Assembly: GCA_963763775.1 (NCBI GenBank)
Contig: CAVXPZ010000001.1
Span: 1,120,001-1,184,000, forward strand
Source: an uncultured Chloroflexia bacterium
GTDB lineage: Bacteria; Chloroflexota; Limnocylindria; Limnocylindrales; CSP1-4
Direction of reading: 5' to 3'
Length of the DNA: 64,000 bases
The notes beneath the pieces were generated by a model. That model saw only the letters and a program-made list of their open reading frames with translations. It did no database searches and had not been told where the DNA came from. Shown here one piece after another: positions 1-9,224 of the stretch. The position numbers and the translations under genes were made by a program. Numbering within the stretch: position 1 is the first letter of the stretch; each line of letters begins with the position of its first letter.

Positions 1-3
1 ATC

Positions 4-918
4 GTGGCCGGGGACCTCCTCGCGCATGCCGACGCCGCGATGTACGCGGCGAAGGAAGGCGGCAAGGGCCGGCACGTCCTGTTCGATCCGTCGATGCGGC
101 GACGCGCGCAGAGCCGCCTCGAGATGGAGGCCGAGCTGCGCGCCGCGATCGAGCACCGACAATTCGAGCTCCACTACCAGCCGATCGTGGAGCTGCCCGG
201 GCGCGGCGTGGTCGGGTTCGAGGCGCTCGTGCGCTGGCGACACCCGGACCGGGGACTCGTGCCGCCCGGGGAGTTCATCCCGCTCGCGGAGACCACTGGG
301 CTGATCGTCCCGCTCGGACGACTCGTGATGACGGAGGCGTGCCGGCAGCTCCGCGCGTGGCGCGACGAGGGGGCCAATCTCGCCCACCTCACGGTGTCGG
401 TGAACGTCTCGGCGCGGCAGGCCGTGGAATCCGGGTTTGCGGCCGAGGTCCGTGAGATCCTCCGCTCGACGCGGCTCGAGCCGTCGGCCCTCGTCATGGA
501 GATCACCGAGTCGCTCACGCTGCGCGAGTCCGCGTCGGGCGATGGCGCGCTACGGCAGCTCCGCGAGCTCGGCGTCCACCTCGCGATCGACGACTTCGGG
601 ACCGGGTTCTCGTCGCTCGAGTACTTCAAGCGGTTCAGCGTCCAGGGGCTGAAGATCGACCAGTCGTTCGTGGCCGGGTTGGGGCGGTCGCGCGAGGACA
701 CGGCGATCGTGACCGCGACGATCTCGTTCGCCTCGGCGCTCGGGCTCGTCGTCACGGCCGAGGGCGTCGAGGAACCCGATCAGCTCGCGCGGTTGGAGGC
801 GCTCGGCTGCCACCGCGCCCAGGGCTTCCTCTTCTCGCCGGCCGTGCCCGCCGCCGCGGTGCCCGAGCTGCTCCAGGGCGTGACGTGGCGGACGGTGTCC
901 GAGGCGGGCGCGGCCTGA
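4..918 (+). CDS. GGDEF-EAL c-di-GMP signalling protein, 5'-truncated by window edge
   Basis: GGDEF tail ADAAMYAAK followed by EAL motifs LHYQP, EALVRW, EITES, DDFGTG, LKID, AEGVE, QGF. Confidence 0.93.
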   Translation: MAGDLLAHADAAMYAAKEGGKGRHVLFDPSMRRRAQSRLEMEAELRAAIEHRQFELHYQPIVELPGRGVVGFEALVRWRHPDRGLVPPGEFIPLAETTGLIVPLGRLVMTEACRQLRAWRDEGANLAHLTVSVNVSARQAVESGFAAEVREILRSTRLEPSALVMEITESLTLRESASGDGALRQLRELGVHLAIDDFGTGFSSLEYFKRFSVQGLKIDQSFVAGLGRSREDTAIVTATISFASALGLVVTAEGVEEPDQLARLEALGCHRAQGFLFSPAVPAAAVPELLQGVTWRTVSEAGAA

Positions 919-1025
919 AGGGCGAGGGCCCAGCTGCCGGCCGGCGCGGGCGAACGGCGCGGCCGACACGGACCTCGGCGCGCTAGGCTTCCGCGGGTGA
1001 CGCACCACCGATCGAGGAGGGACTG

Positions 1026-1472
1026 ATGGCGACCGTCGACGCCACGTCGGCGAAGGTCCAGCGGATGCTGGCCGCGGGCTTCAACGACGTCCGGCTCCGC
1101 AAGGACGGGTTCGCGGTCCCGTACGGCAGCACGGAAGTGATCATCGAGGTCCGCGACTGGGGCACGGACTCGAAGGGCGAGCAGCAGACGCTCGTCTACA
1201 TGTGGGCGCCACTCGGCCGCGACGTCACGATCACCCCGGAGCTCTACCAGTGGGCCGCGACCGACGGCCAGGCGAGCTACTTCGGCAGCGTCCGCGTCCT
1301 GCCCGGCGACGACGGCAAGACCGCGCTGGTCACCTTCGAGCACACGCTGCTGGGCGACTTCCTCGACCCGATGGAGCTCGAGTCGGCGGTGGGCATGCTC
1401 TATTTCACGGCCGACAAGCTCGACGACATCGTCCACGACAAGTTCGGCGGCAAGCGGTACACGGACGAGTGA
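1026..1472 (+). CDS. YbjN/T3SS-chaperone-like (TY-Chap) protein
   Basis: 148 aa, RBS GAGGAGG; YGST, FG-x-V, HTLLGDFLD and ADKLDD...FGGKR resemble YbjN/TY-Chap proteins. Confidence 0.7.
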   Translation: MATVDATSAKVQRMLAAGFNDVRLRKDGFAVPYGSTEVIIEVRDWGTDSKGEQQTLVYMWAPLGRDVTITPELYQWAATDGQASYFGSVRVLPGDDGKTALVTFEHTLLGDFLDPMELESAVGMLYFTADKLDDIVHDKFGGKRYTDE

Positions 1473-2743
1473 CGACCGCCCTCGAGGAGCAGGCGCGCGA
1501 CGAGGCGATCGCGGCCGCCAAATCGCAGTCGCAGCCGGTCGTCGAGAAGCGGCACGTCCTGTACGGGATCCTCCGGGCGCTGCGCGATGCGGCCCCGGCC
1601 GATGTGCCGCTCGCGACCGCGCGACGGTTGCTCGATCCCGCCGGGGACAGCATCGAGACGCCGACCGTGTCGGCCGAGGCGGACGCGGCGCTCAAGACGA
1701 TCGTCGGCCCGGATTCGGCCATCGCGCTCGCGCGGCAGCTCGCCGCGGAACTGCTCGCGGCCCCGACCGTGTCGACCAGCACGGCCGACGCCGTGGCCGC
1801 GACGACCCCGGCCGGGGGCGAGGCGACGACCGGGACGACGTCCGCGACCCCGGCCGCGGCCGCGCCCGACACCGAGGCCTCGGTGCTCGCCGAACTCGAC
1901 GCCCTCATCGGCCTCGACGAGGTCAAGGCCACGATCCGCCGGCTCCTCGCCCTCCAGCACCTCAACGAGGCTCGCGCCGCGGCCGGCCTGCCGACCGTCA
2001 ACCCGAGCAAGCACCTGGTGTTCACCGGCGATCCCGGCACGGGCAAGACGACCGTCGCCAAGCTCGTCGCCCGGCTGTACAAGGCGACCGGGGTCGTCTC
2101 GAAGGGCCAGCTCATCGAGACCGGCCGGGCCGACCTCGTGGCCGGGTATGTCGGCCAGACCGCGCTCAAGGTGCAGGAGGCGGTGCGCAAGGCCCTCGGC
2201 GGCGTGCTGTTCATCGACGAGGCGTACGCGCTCGCCACCGAGGGGGTCGAGGACTTCGGCGACGAGGCGATCGCGACCCTGGTGCAGATGATGGAGGAGC
2301 ATCGCGACGACCTGGCCGTGATCGTGGCCGGGTACAGCGTCGAGATGAAGACCTTCATCGACTCGAACCCGGGGTTGCGGAGCCGGTTCACGCACTACGT
2401 GCACTTCCCGAACTACGCCCCGGCGGAGCTCGTGGAGATCTTCGTGGCCATCGCCGCCGCGTCCGACGTGGTGCTCGCGGACGGGGTCGCCGGGCGCGTC
2501 GGGACCCTGGTCGCGGCGGCATCGCTGACCCGTGACTTCGGCAACGCGCGCTACGTGCGTTCCCTCTTCGAGGGGGCCTACGCGAACATGGCGGCACGTG
2601 CCCTCGCCGACGGGGAGATCTCCACCGCCGAGCTGCGCGACCTCGAGGCCCAGGACGTGGACGCCGCCGCGGCCAGCATCGCCGCCGGCGGCGCGGACGC
2701 CGCGGTCCACAAGATCGGGTTCCAGGCCAGACCCGCGGGCTGA
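1469..2743 (+). CDS. CbbX/SpoVK-type AAA+ ATPase with Clp-N-like N-terminal domain
   Basis: GTG overlaps upstream stop (GTGA); HLVFTGDPGTGKTT, LFIDEAY, NPGLRSRF, FGNARYVR; N-terminal EKRHVLYGIL; C-terminal KIGF. Confidence 0.88.
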   Translation: MTTALEEQARDEAIAAAKSQSQPVVEKRHVLYGILRALRDAAPADVPLATARRLLDPAGDSIETPTVSAEADAALKTIVGPDSAIALARQLAAELLAAPTVSTSTADAVAATTPAGGEATTGTTSATPAAAAPDTEASVLAELDALIGLDEVKATIRRLLALQHLNEARAAAGLPTVNPSKHLVFTGDPGTGKTTVAKLVARLYKATGVVSKGQLIETGRADLVAGYVGQTALKVQEAVRKALGGVLFIDEAYALATEGVEDFGDEAIATLVQMMEEHRDDLAVIVAGYSVEMKTFIDSNPGLRSRFTHYVHFPNYAPAELVEIFVAIAAASDVVLADGVAGRVGTLVAAASLTRDFGNARYVRSLFEGAYANMAARALADGEISTAELRDLEAQDVDAAAASIAAGGADAAVHKIGFQARPAG

Positions 2744-2750
2744 CCGTCCG

Positions 2751-3034
2751 CTATCCGCACGCGGCGGTAGGTGCTCTCCGAGCGCCGCGCCACCTTCAGG
2801 ACGATCACGAGGCGTGCGGCGTCGCTCGATGACGTAGACGACTCCGCAAGTCACCGATACGGAGCCGCCAGACGTCGGTCCCGACGAGCTTCGAGGCGCC
2901 CGGCGGCCGCGGGTCGATGGCGAGCGCCAGGATCGGACCCACGGAGACGGGCCGCTGTCGCCCGGCGGGAGCCGACGCAGCTGTGCGTTGCGCGCGCCGG
3001 CGCGAGCTCGACGCGGTATCGGATCGTCCGTCAC
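2751..3034 (-). CDS. RelE/ParE-family toxin (frameshifted, ends approximate)
   Basis: Stitched across frames: RYRVELAP..QLRRLPP..DPRPPGASKLVGTDVWRLRIGDL..VVYVI..VIVLKVARRSESTYR. Confidence 0.7.
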
Positions 3035-3289
3035 GCCTCGTCGGCGCCGTAGGCGGCGCGCGTCTCGGCCGCGAGCGGTCCCGAAGAACGCCTCGGCCGC
3101 CTCGCCGCCATCGCGCCGGTACTCGGCGAGGGCCGCTTCAGCGGAAGCCGCGTCTTCGGCGGCCTCGGCCGCCTCGAGCCATGCGGCGATGGCCTGGTCG
3201 ACGATCTCGCGGACGCTCCGATCGCTGCGCGCGGCCTCGACCTTGACGGCTCGGTAGAGATCTTCGTCGAGGTCGATGGTGACTTTCAT
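3031..3289 (-). CDS. Ribbon-helix-helix antitoxin (frameshift near 3' end)
   Basis: MKVTIDLDEDLYRAVKVEAARSDRSVREIVDQAI; stop overlaps toxin start; TAAGAT 6 nt upstream of ATG. Confidence 0.75.
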
Positions 3290-3402
3290 CGTGCCATCTT
3301 ACCAGTATGCTGGGTCGCTGGCCACGAACGAAGGCCCGGCGCCGAGATGGGCGCCGGGCCGGATCGCGAGCTGGGGTGCGCGACGAGGTCGCGAGGGGCG
3401 AC

Positions 3403-3750
3403 CTACATCTCGGTCAGGCCGAGGACGTGGCCCTCGGGATCGGCGACGAGCGCGAGCTGCGCGGTGCCGTCGGGGCTGAACTTGGGCATCACGACCGAGC
3501 CGCCGAGCTCGGTGGCCTTGGCCAGGGTCGCGTTGATGTCGTCGACCGTGACGTAGCCCGTCACGAAGCCCGGGCCCTGCGGCGCCGCGCCGATGCCCAC
3601 GATCAGGCCGGTCTGGCTGGGATCCGTCATCCCGTAGCCGCCCGGGAAGTCGGTGTTGAGCTTCCAGCCGAAGAGGTCGCCGTAGTAGCTCTGGAGGGCC
3701 TTCTGGTCCTTGCCCGTGACTTCGAAGTGGATGATGCGAGCTTCCGTCAT
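3403..3750 (-). CDS. VOC/glyoxalase family protein
   Basis: IIHFEVTGKD...YYGDLFGW, YVTVDDI...LGG, DPEGH. Confidence 0.9.
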   Translation of the reverse strand: MTEARIIHFEVTGKDQKALQSYYGDLFGWKLNTDFPGGYGMTDPSQTGLIVGIGAAPQGPGFVTGYVTVDDINATLAKATELGGSVVMPKFSPDGTAQLALVADPEGHVLGLTEM

Positions 3751-3809
3751 CGGTCCGTTCCTCCTGCGGGCCCTCGGTCATCGACGCCTCGGCTGCCCTT
3801 CGAACCAAC

Positions 3810-3836
3810 GACGAACGGGCTTCCGCGGAATCGACA
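3810..3836 (-). promoter_or_regulatory. Putative ECF-sigma (ECF42-like) promoter of the VOC gene
   Basis: Minus strand TGTCGA-N17-CGTC about 60 bp upstream of the VOC start. Confidence 0.55.
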
Positions 3837-3957
3837 TCGGCTCGTCACCGGTTTCGTGGACATTCGTCGATGGCGGCGGACGCACCCGTCGGCGACGATC
3901 GATCATCGGAGGGCCCTCGGCCCTCGCATCCCCGCACGCACAGGACAGGTGAACGGC

Positions 3958-5142
3958 ATGGTCGACGCAGGAAACCGGACGGAGCGCATGGTGGCGAGCG
4001 TCGACCATGTCTTCTCGTGGATGGCGAACGGGTCGTGGACCCAGCACCGGTTCGATCCGGGGATCGCGGACTTCACGCTGGGCAATCCCCAGGAACTGCC
4101 GCTCCCCGGGCTGGTCGACGCGCTCCAGCGTCACGCGGTGCCCAAGGACAAGGACTGGTTCGCCTACAAGTTCAACGAGGCCGAGCCGCGCGCCGTCATC
4201 GCCGAGTCGCTCCGCCGGCGGACCGGCATCGCGTTCGAGCCAGAGGACATCGCGCTGACCGCCGGGGCCTTCGGCGGGCTCGGGGTCACGCTCCGGGCGC
4301 TCTGCGACGTCGGCGACGAGGTGATCTTCCTGTCGCCGCCGTGGTTCTTCTACGAGATGCTCATCGCGTCCGCGGGAGCCACGCCCGTTCGCGTGCGGCT
4401 GTCCCCGCCCGACTTCGACCTCGACCCCGAAGCGATCGCCGCCGCGATCACGCCGCGCACCCGGGCCGTCATCGTCAACAGCCCGAACAACCCGACGGGG
4501 CGGATCTATCGCGAACCGGCTCTGGCGGCGCTCGGCCGGGTGCTCGAGGAGGCCTCGGCACGGAACGGGCGCCCGATCATCCTCATCTCGGACGAGTCGT
4601 ACAACCGGATCGTCTTCGACGGCATCGAGTTCCAGAGCCCCGCGCGCTTCTACGACGCGACGATGACCATCTACACCTATGGCAAGACGACGCTGGCGCC
4701 GGGCCAGCGGATCGGGTTCGCGGCGATGTCGCCCACGTTCCCCGACCGCCGCGTGAACGAGCAGCGGATCACGGTCCACCAGATCGCGTCCGGCTGGGGG
4801 TTCCCGAACGCGCTGCTCCAGCACGCCATCTCGGATATCGAGGGGCTCTCGATCGACATCGGCGCGCTCCAGGCTCGACGCGACCGCATGGTGCCGGCCC
4901 TGCGCGAGATGGGCTACGACGTGACGAAGCCCGAGGGCACGTTCTACATCATGGCCCGCTCGCCCGACCCGGACGACTTGGCGTTCGCCGAGCGCCTCGC
5001 CGAGCACGGGGCGTTGGTCCTGCCCGGGACGATCGTCGAGAGCCCGGGCTGGTTCCGGATCTCGCTGACCGCGAGCGACGAGATGGTCGACCGCGGCCTC
5101 GAGGCCTTCCGGGCCGTCGCTGGGGTCCGCGCGGGAGCCTGA
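3958..5142 (+). CDS. Class I/II PLP-dependent aminotransferase (aspartate aminotransferase-like)
   Basis: DFTLGNP, NSPNNPTG, ISDESY, YGKT...PGQRIG, PEGTFY, WFRIS. Confidence 0.9.
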   Translation: MVDAGNRTERMVASVDHVFSWMANGSWTQHRFDPGIADFTLGNPQELPLPGLVDALQRHAVPKDKDWFAYKFNEAEPRAVIAESLRRRTGIAFEPEDIALTAGAFGGLGVTLRALCDVGDEVIFLSPPWFFYEMLIASAGATPVRVRLSPPDFDLDPEAIAAAITPRTRAVIVNSPNNPTGRIYREPALAALGRVLEEASARNGRPIILISDESYNRIVFDGIEFQSPARFYDATMTIYTYGKTTLAPGQRIGFAAMSPTFPDRRVNEQRITVHQIASGWGFPNALLQHAISDIEGLSIDIGALQARRDRMVPALREMGYDVTKPEGTFYIMARSPDPDDLAFAERLAEHGALVLPGTIVESPGWFRISLTASDEMVDRGLEAFRAVAGVRAGA

Positions 5143-5181
5143 CCCGAGCGCTCCACGCCCGACTCGGGCTAGGCTTGATGG

Positions 5182-6912
5182 ATGCCTGCTGAATTCATCT
5201 ACACGACGTACAAGCTCGCGCGGCACTACCCGCCCGACCGGACCGTGCTCGAGAACATCTCGCTCTCGTTCTATCCGGGCGCCAAGATCGGCGTCATCGG
5301 GCCGAACGGCGCGGGCAAGTCGAGCCTGCTCAAGATCATGGCCGGGCTCGATGACGGCTTCATGGGCGAGGCGCGCCTCACGCCCGGCTTCACCGTCGGC
5401 TACCTGAGCCAGGAGCCGGAGCTCGACCCGGCCAAGGACGTCAAGGGCAACGTGCTCGACGGCGTCCGGCCCGTCCAGGACCTCATCGACGCGTACAACG
5501 CGGTCATGGCCAAGTGGTCCGACCCGGACGCCGACTACGACGCCATCGGCGCCGAACAGGCCGCCCTCGAGGACAAGATCAACGCCACCGACGCGTGGAG
5601 CCTCGAGCGCAACGTCGACATCGCGATGGACGCGCTCCGCTGCCCGCCCGACGACGCGAGCGTCGCGACGCTGTCCGGCGGCGAGAAGCGCCGCGTCGCC
5701 CTCGCCCGGCTCCTGCTCAGCCACCCCGACCTGCTGCTGCTCGACGAGCCCACGAACCACCTCGACGCCGAGTCGGTCTACTGGCTCGAGCGGTTCCTGC
5801 AGGAGTACTCGGGCACGGTCGTCGCGATCACGCACGACCGGTACTTCCTCGACAACGTGGCGCAGTGGATCCTCGAGCTGGACCGCGGGCGCGGCATCCC
5901 GTTCGAGGGCAACTACTCGTCCTGGCTCGAGCAGAAGCTCGATCGCCTGTCGCGCGAGCAGAAGACCGTCGACGCGCGCCAGCGCACGCTGAGCCGCGAG
6001 CTCGAATGGGTGCGCCTCTCGCCGCGCGCCCGCCAATCGAAGGGCAAGGCGCGCCTGACGGCCTACGAGCAGCTGCTCCAGGAGGCGAACGACGCCAAGG
6101 CGACGGAGCGCGAGCTCGAGATCGCGATCCCGCCCGGACCGCGGCTCGGCGACCAGGTCATCGAGGTCACGGACCTGCGCAAGGCCTTCGGCGACAAGCT
6201 CCTCATCGACGACCTGACGTTCTCGCTGCCGAAGGCGGGCATCGTCGGGATCATCGGGGCGAACGGCGCCGGCAAGACCACGCTGTTCCGGATGCTGGTG
6301 GGGCAGGAACCGTCGGACGCGGGCCGCATCACCATCGGCGACACGGTCCAGCTCAGCTATGTCGACCAGAGTCGCGACGACCTCGATGCGGACAAGACCG
6401 TCTTCGACGAGATCTCCGGCGGCGACGAGTTCATCAAGGTCGGGGCACGCGAGCTGCCGGCGCGCGCCTACGTCTCGAGCTTCAACTTTCGCGGCACGGA
6501 TCAGCAGAAGGTCGTGGGCAAGCTCAGTGGCGGCGAGCGGAACCGCGTCCACCTCGCGAAGCTGCTGCGCTCCGGCGGGAACGTCCTGCTGCTCGACGAA
6601 CCGACGAACGACCTCGACGTCGACACGCTCCGGGCGCTCGAGGCGGGCCTGGAGTCGTTCCCGGGCTGTGCCGTGGTCATCAGCCACGACCGCTGGTTCC
6701 TCGACCGGATCGCCACGCACGTCCTCGCGTTCGAGGGCGACAGCGTCGTCCGCTGGTTCCCCGGCAACTTCACCGAGTACGAGGAGTTCCGCCACCGCGA
6801 GCTCGGGACGGCCGCCGACCAGCCGCACCGGATCCGGTACAAGCGGCTCGCCGGGCTAGTCGCCGCGGGTGCGCGGGCCGCGGCGGTCCTCGCGACGTTA
6901 ACGAGCCGTTGA
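5182..6912 (+). CDS. ettA: ABC-F energy-dependent translational throttle protein EttA
   Basis: LSFYPGAKIGVIGPNGAGKS, two ABC domains, ELEWVR..PRARQSKGKAR, QPHRIRYK; true stop probably TAG near 6860 (extra G in GCCGGGCTAG). Confidence 0.95.
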   Translation: MPAEFIYTTYKLARHYPPDRTVLENISLSFYPGAKIGVIGPNGAGKSSLLKIMAGLDDGFMGEARLTPGFTVGYLSQEPELDPAKDVKGNVLDGVRPVQDLIDAYNAVMAKWSDPDADYDAIGAEQAALEDKINATDAWSLERNVDIAMDALRCPPDDASVATLSGGEKRRVALARLLLSHPDLLLLDEPTNHLDAESVYWLERFLQEYSGTVVAITHDRYFLDNVAQWILELDRGRGIPFEGNYSSWLEQKLDRLSREQKTVDARQRTLSRELEWVRLSPRARQSKGKARLTAYEQLLQEANDAKATERELEIAIPPGPRLGDQVIEVTDLRKAFGDKLLIDDLTFSLPKAGIVGIIGANGAGKTTLFRMLVGQEPSDAGRITIGDTVQLSYVDQSRDDLDADKTVFDEISGGDEFIKVGARELPARAYVSSFNFRGTDQQKVVGKLSGGERNRVHLAKLLRSGGNVLLLDEPTNDLDVDTLRALEAGLESFPGCAVVISHDRWFLDRIATHVLAFEGDSVVRWFPGNFTEYEEFRHRELGTAADQPHRIRYKRLAGLVAAGARAAAVLATLTSR

Positions 6913-6964
6913 CACTCGAGACCTACGATCCCGCGGCTGACCGAGTGCCCTGACGAGGACCGCC

Positions 6965-7402
6965 ATGACCTCCACGAGGACCGACGTGACCGAGACCGCC
7001 GACCTGCTCCACACCGTCCCGTTGTTCCAGGGCTTGCCCGAGAGCGCCATCGAGGCGATCGCCGACCTGGCCCGGCCCGCGACCTTCCCGGCCGGTGCGC
7101 AGCTCGTGCGCCAGGGCGACCTCGGCGACACGCTGATCATCATCGTCAGCGGGCGCGCCTCGGTCGATCAGGACGGCACGGTCATCCGCGAACTCGGCAA
7201 CGGCGACTTCCTCGGCGAGATCTCGCTCATCGATGGCGGCCCACGGACCGCCACGGTCACCGCCGTCGACGCGATCGAGGCGCTGACCATCGACCGCGAG
7301 GGCTTCGACAAGCTGATGAACAAGCACCCGGCCGTCCGGCTGGGCCTGGTGATGGCCCTGAGCGAACGACTCCGCCAGCGAGCCCCGTCCCTCTCCGACT
7401 AG
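6965..7402 (+). CDS. Stand-alone cyclic-nucleotide-binding domain protein
   Basis: VPLFQGL, QGDLGD, GDFLGEISLIDGGPRTATV. Confidence 0.9.
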   Translation: MTSTRTDVTETADLLHTVPLFQGLPESAIEAIADLARPATFPAGAQLVRQGDLGDTLIIIVSGRASVDQDGTVIRELGNGDFLGEISLIDGGPRTATVTAVDAIEALTIDREGFDKLMNKHPAVRLGLVMALSERLRQRAPSLSD

Positions 7403-7908
7403 AGCTCCACGCCTCGGGTTCGGCCGGTCGCCTCGCCCCAATCCCACGCATCGATCAGCGGCGGCTCGACGCCGAGGTGCGTGAGCGCCGTGCAGATCTG
7501 GCTTCGATGGTCCGTGCCGTGGTGGACGACCTGCATGAGGCGCAGCGAGGCCGGCGCGTGGAAGTCCCAGCCCTTCCCGTGCTCGACCATGTCCGCGTCG
7601 ACGTCGAGGTCCGGTGCGCCGACCACGTCCGTCCAGGTCGGGCTGTTCGCCGCGAACGTCTCGCGGATCCGGTCGAGGCCGATCGAGTGGTCGTCATCGT
7701 CGAGCTCGACGACCTCCGTCGGTCGGAAGAACGACAGGTACCAGCCGTCCGCCCCGACGAGGTGGCGGATGGTGTCGAGGATCGGGCCGTACGTCCCGGG
7801 CGCCGGCTCAGCGAGTTGCTCGGGCGTCAGGGTGCCGAGCACCCCGAGGAGGCGCTCGGTCGCCCAGAGGTGGTGCGCCATGGCGTCGCGCAGGATGGAT
7901 TCGCTCAT
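7399..7908 (-). CDS. DinB family protein
   Basis: HHLWATERLL, GPILDTIRHLV, QVVHHGTDHRSQI. Confidence 0.88.
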   Translation of the reverse strand: MSESILRDAMAHHLWATERLLGVLGTLTPEQLAEPAPGTYGPILDTIRHLVGADGWYLSFFRPTEVVELDDDDHSIGLDRIRETFAANSPTWTDVVGAPDLDVDADMVEHGKGWDFHAPASLRLMQVVHHGTDHRSQICTALTHLGVEPPLIDAWDWGEATGRTRGVEL

Positions 7909-8612
7909 CGTGGCTCCTTGCTGGCGGGCTGGGGTTCGGCCGCGTCGGCCCCGGCATCTGCCGCGAACTCGATCCGCATGACGACGCGGCGGAGCGTGGG
8001 GTGGGCCACCTCGGTCAGCCCGGCCGCCTCGAAGATGCTGCGCGTGCCCACGTGGGTCTCGCCCCAGGTGATCTCCTCGCCAGGGGTGGTGATCATCGGG
8101 TAGGCCTCGAGGGCGCGGGCGCCGCGCTCGCGGGCGAAGTCGACGGCGGCGCGGGCCAGGACGCGCGTGACCCCTCGTCGACGGAACCCGGCACGCGTCG
8201 CGAAGCAGGTCACTGCCCAGACACTCGGGTCGGCCGGGTCCTCGCCGCGGGCCTTCATCACCGTGCGCTGGCGCGGCAGGCCCGGATAGGCGGTCCGAGG
8301 CTCCACCGCGCACCAGCCCACGGGCTCGCCATCGAGGTACGCCACGAGGCCACTCGTCGTGCGGGCGCTGGGGTAGCCGCAGTGCGTCTCGGTCTCGAGG
8401 GCGTGCATCCGCTCGACCAGGCTCGTGCTGCTCCACTGGTAGTACCCGGTCTTGAACCGCTGGCACTGGCAGTGGGCCGGGTAGCCGCGCATGCCGAAGA
8501 CCGCCTGCAGGTCCTGCCACGACGCCTCGTTCGCCGGGACGACGGTCAGGTCGTCCGGGCCGAGCGTCGCGAGTCGCGGCTTATCCATCGAGCGGCTCGT
8601 CAGGGTGCGCAT
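7905..8612 (-). CDS. GNAT family N-acetyltransferase
   Basis: CQCQRF, GLVAYLDGEPVGWCAVEPR, WAVTCF..RAGFRRRG, LEAYP. Confidence 0.9.
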   Translation of the reverse strand: MRTLTSRSMDKPRLATLGPDDLTVVPANEASWQDLQAVFGMRGYPAHCQCQRFKTGYYQWSSTSLVERMHALETETHCGYPSARTTSGLVAYLDGEPVGWCAVEPRTAYPGLPRQRTVMKARGEDPADPSVWAVTCFATRAGFRRRGVTRVLARAAVDFARERGARALEAYPMITTPGEEITWGETHVGTRSIFEAAGLTEVAHPTLRRVVMRIEFAADAGADAAEPQPASKEPR

Positions 8613-8649
8613 GCCCCTCGATCGTCGGCCGCGAACCGGACAGCAGCTG

Positions 8650-9165
8650 TCACGAATCGAGCGGGTCGTCCGCGCGCCAGATGTAGACCGGGTCCAGGCC
8701 GTGGCTGCCGAGCGCGATCGCGAGCTCGCCGCCGTGGTACGCCTCGTGGGTCATGAGCCGCTGGAGGATCGAGCCGCGCGAATGGATCTGGGGGGTGTCG
8801 AAGATCGTGCGCTCGAACGGGTCCGCGAGCATCTCGGGCGTCCAGGCATCGAGCAGGCGGTCGATGATCGCGAAGCTGCTCTCGAGGGCGCCGACGAGCT
8901 CGGCGGCGCTCCGCGGGTGCGACAGGTCGTCCTCCCAGCCCTCGTCGGACGGCTTCGGCCACGGCGTGGTCTCGATGCCGGGCTCGCCGATGACCTCGCA
9001 CAGCCAGTACACGCGAGAGCCCGCGATGTGCGCGGTGATCGCCCAGACCGGCCAGTGCTCGGGCGCCGCCCGCAGCGCGAGCTGGTCGGCCGTCAGCGGC
9101 GCGATGGTCTCGACGAGGCGGCGGTCGTACTGCGGCCAGCGGTCGTAGAACGGGCGGATCGACAT
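8650..9165 (-). CDS. DinB family protein
   Basis: WAITAHIAGSRVYWLC, RLMTHEAYHGGE. Confidence 0.85.
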   Translation of the reverse strand: MSIRPFYDRWPQYDRRLVETIAPLTADQLALRAAPEHWPVWAITAHIAGSRVYWLCEVIGEPGIETTPWPKPSDEGWEDDLSHPRSAAELVGALESSFAIIDRLLDAWTPEMLADPFERTIFDTPQIHSRGSILQRLMTHEAYHGGELAIALGSHGLDPVYIWRADDPLDS

Positions 9166-9224
9166 GGCGCCGAGTGTACGTCGGGGCGGAACGCCGGCGA
9201 CGAACGCGGGCGACCCGGACCGCG

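Noticed and set aside
1469-2743. Calling the AAA+ ATPase cbbX, eccA or spoVK
   Set aside because: No Rubisco, ESX or sporulation genes nearby and a different N-domain; only family-level support.
3778-6828. 1016-aa antisense ORF, and similar long ORFs at 8600-12208, 13369-15834, 51149-54076 and 57448-60249
   Set aside because: Shadow ORFs of high-GC genes: Arg/Gly-rich, without motifs, and overlapping well-supported genes (8600-12208 only borrows a frameshifted alkZ piece).
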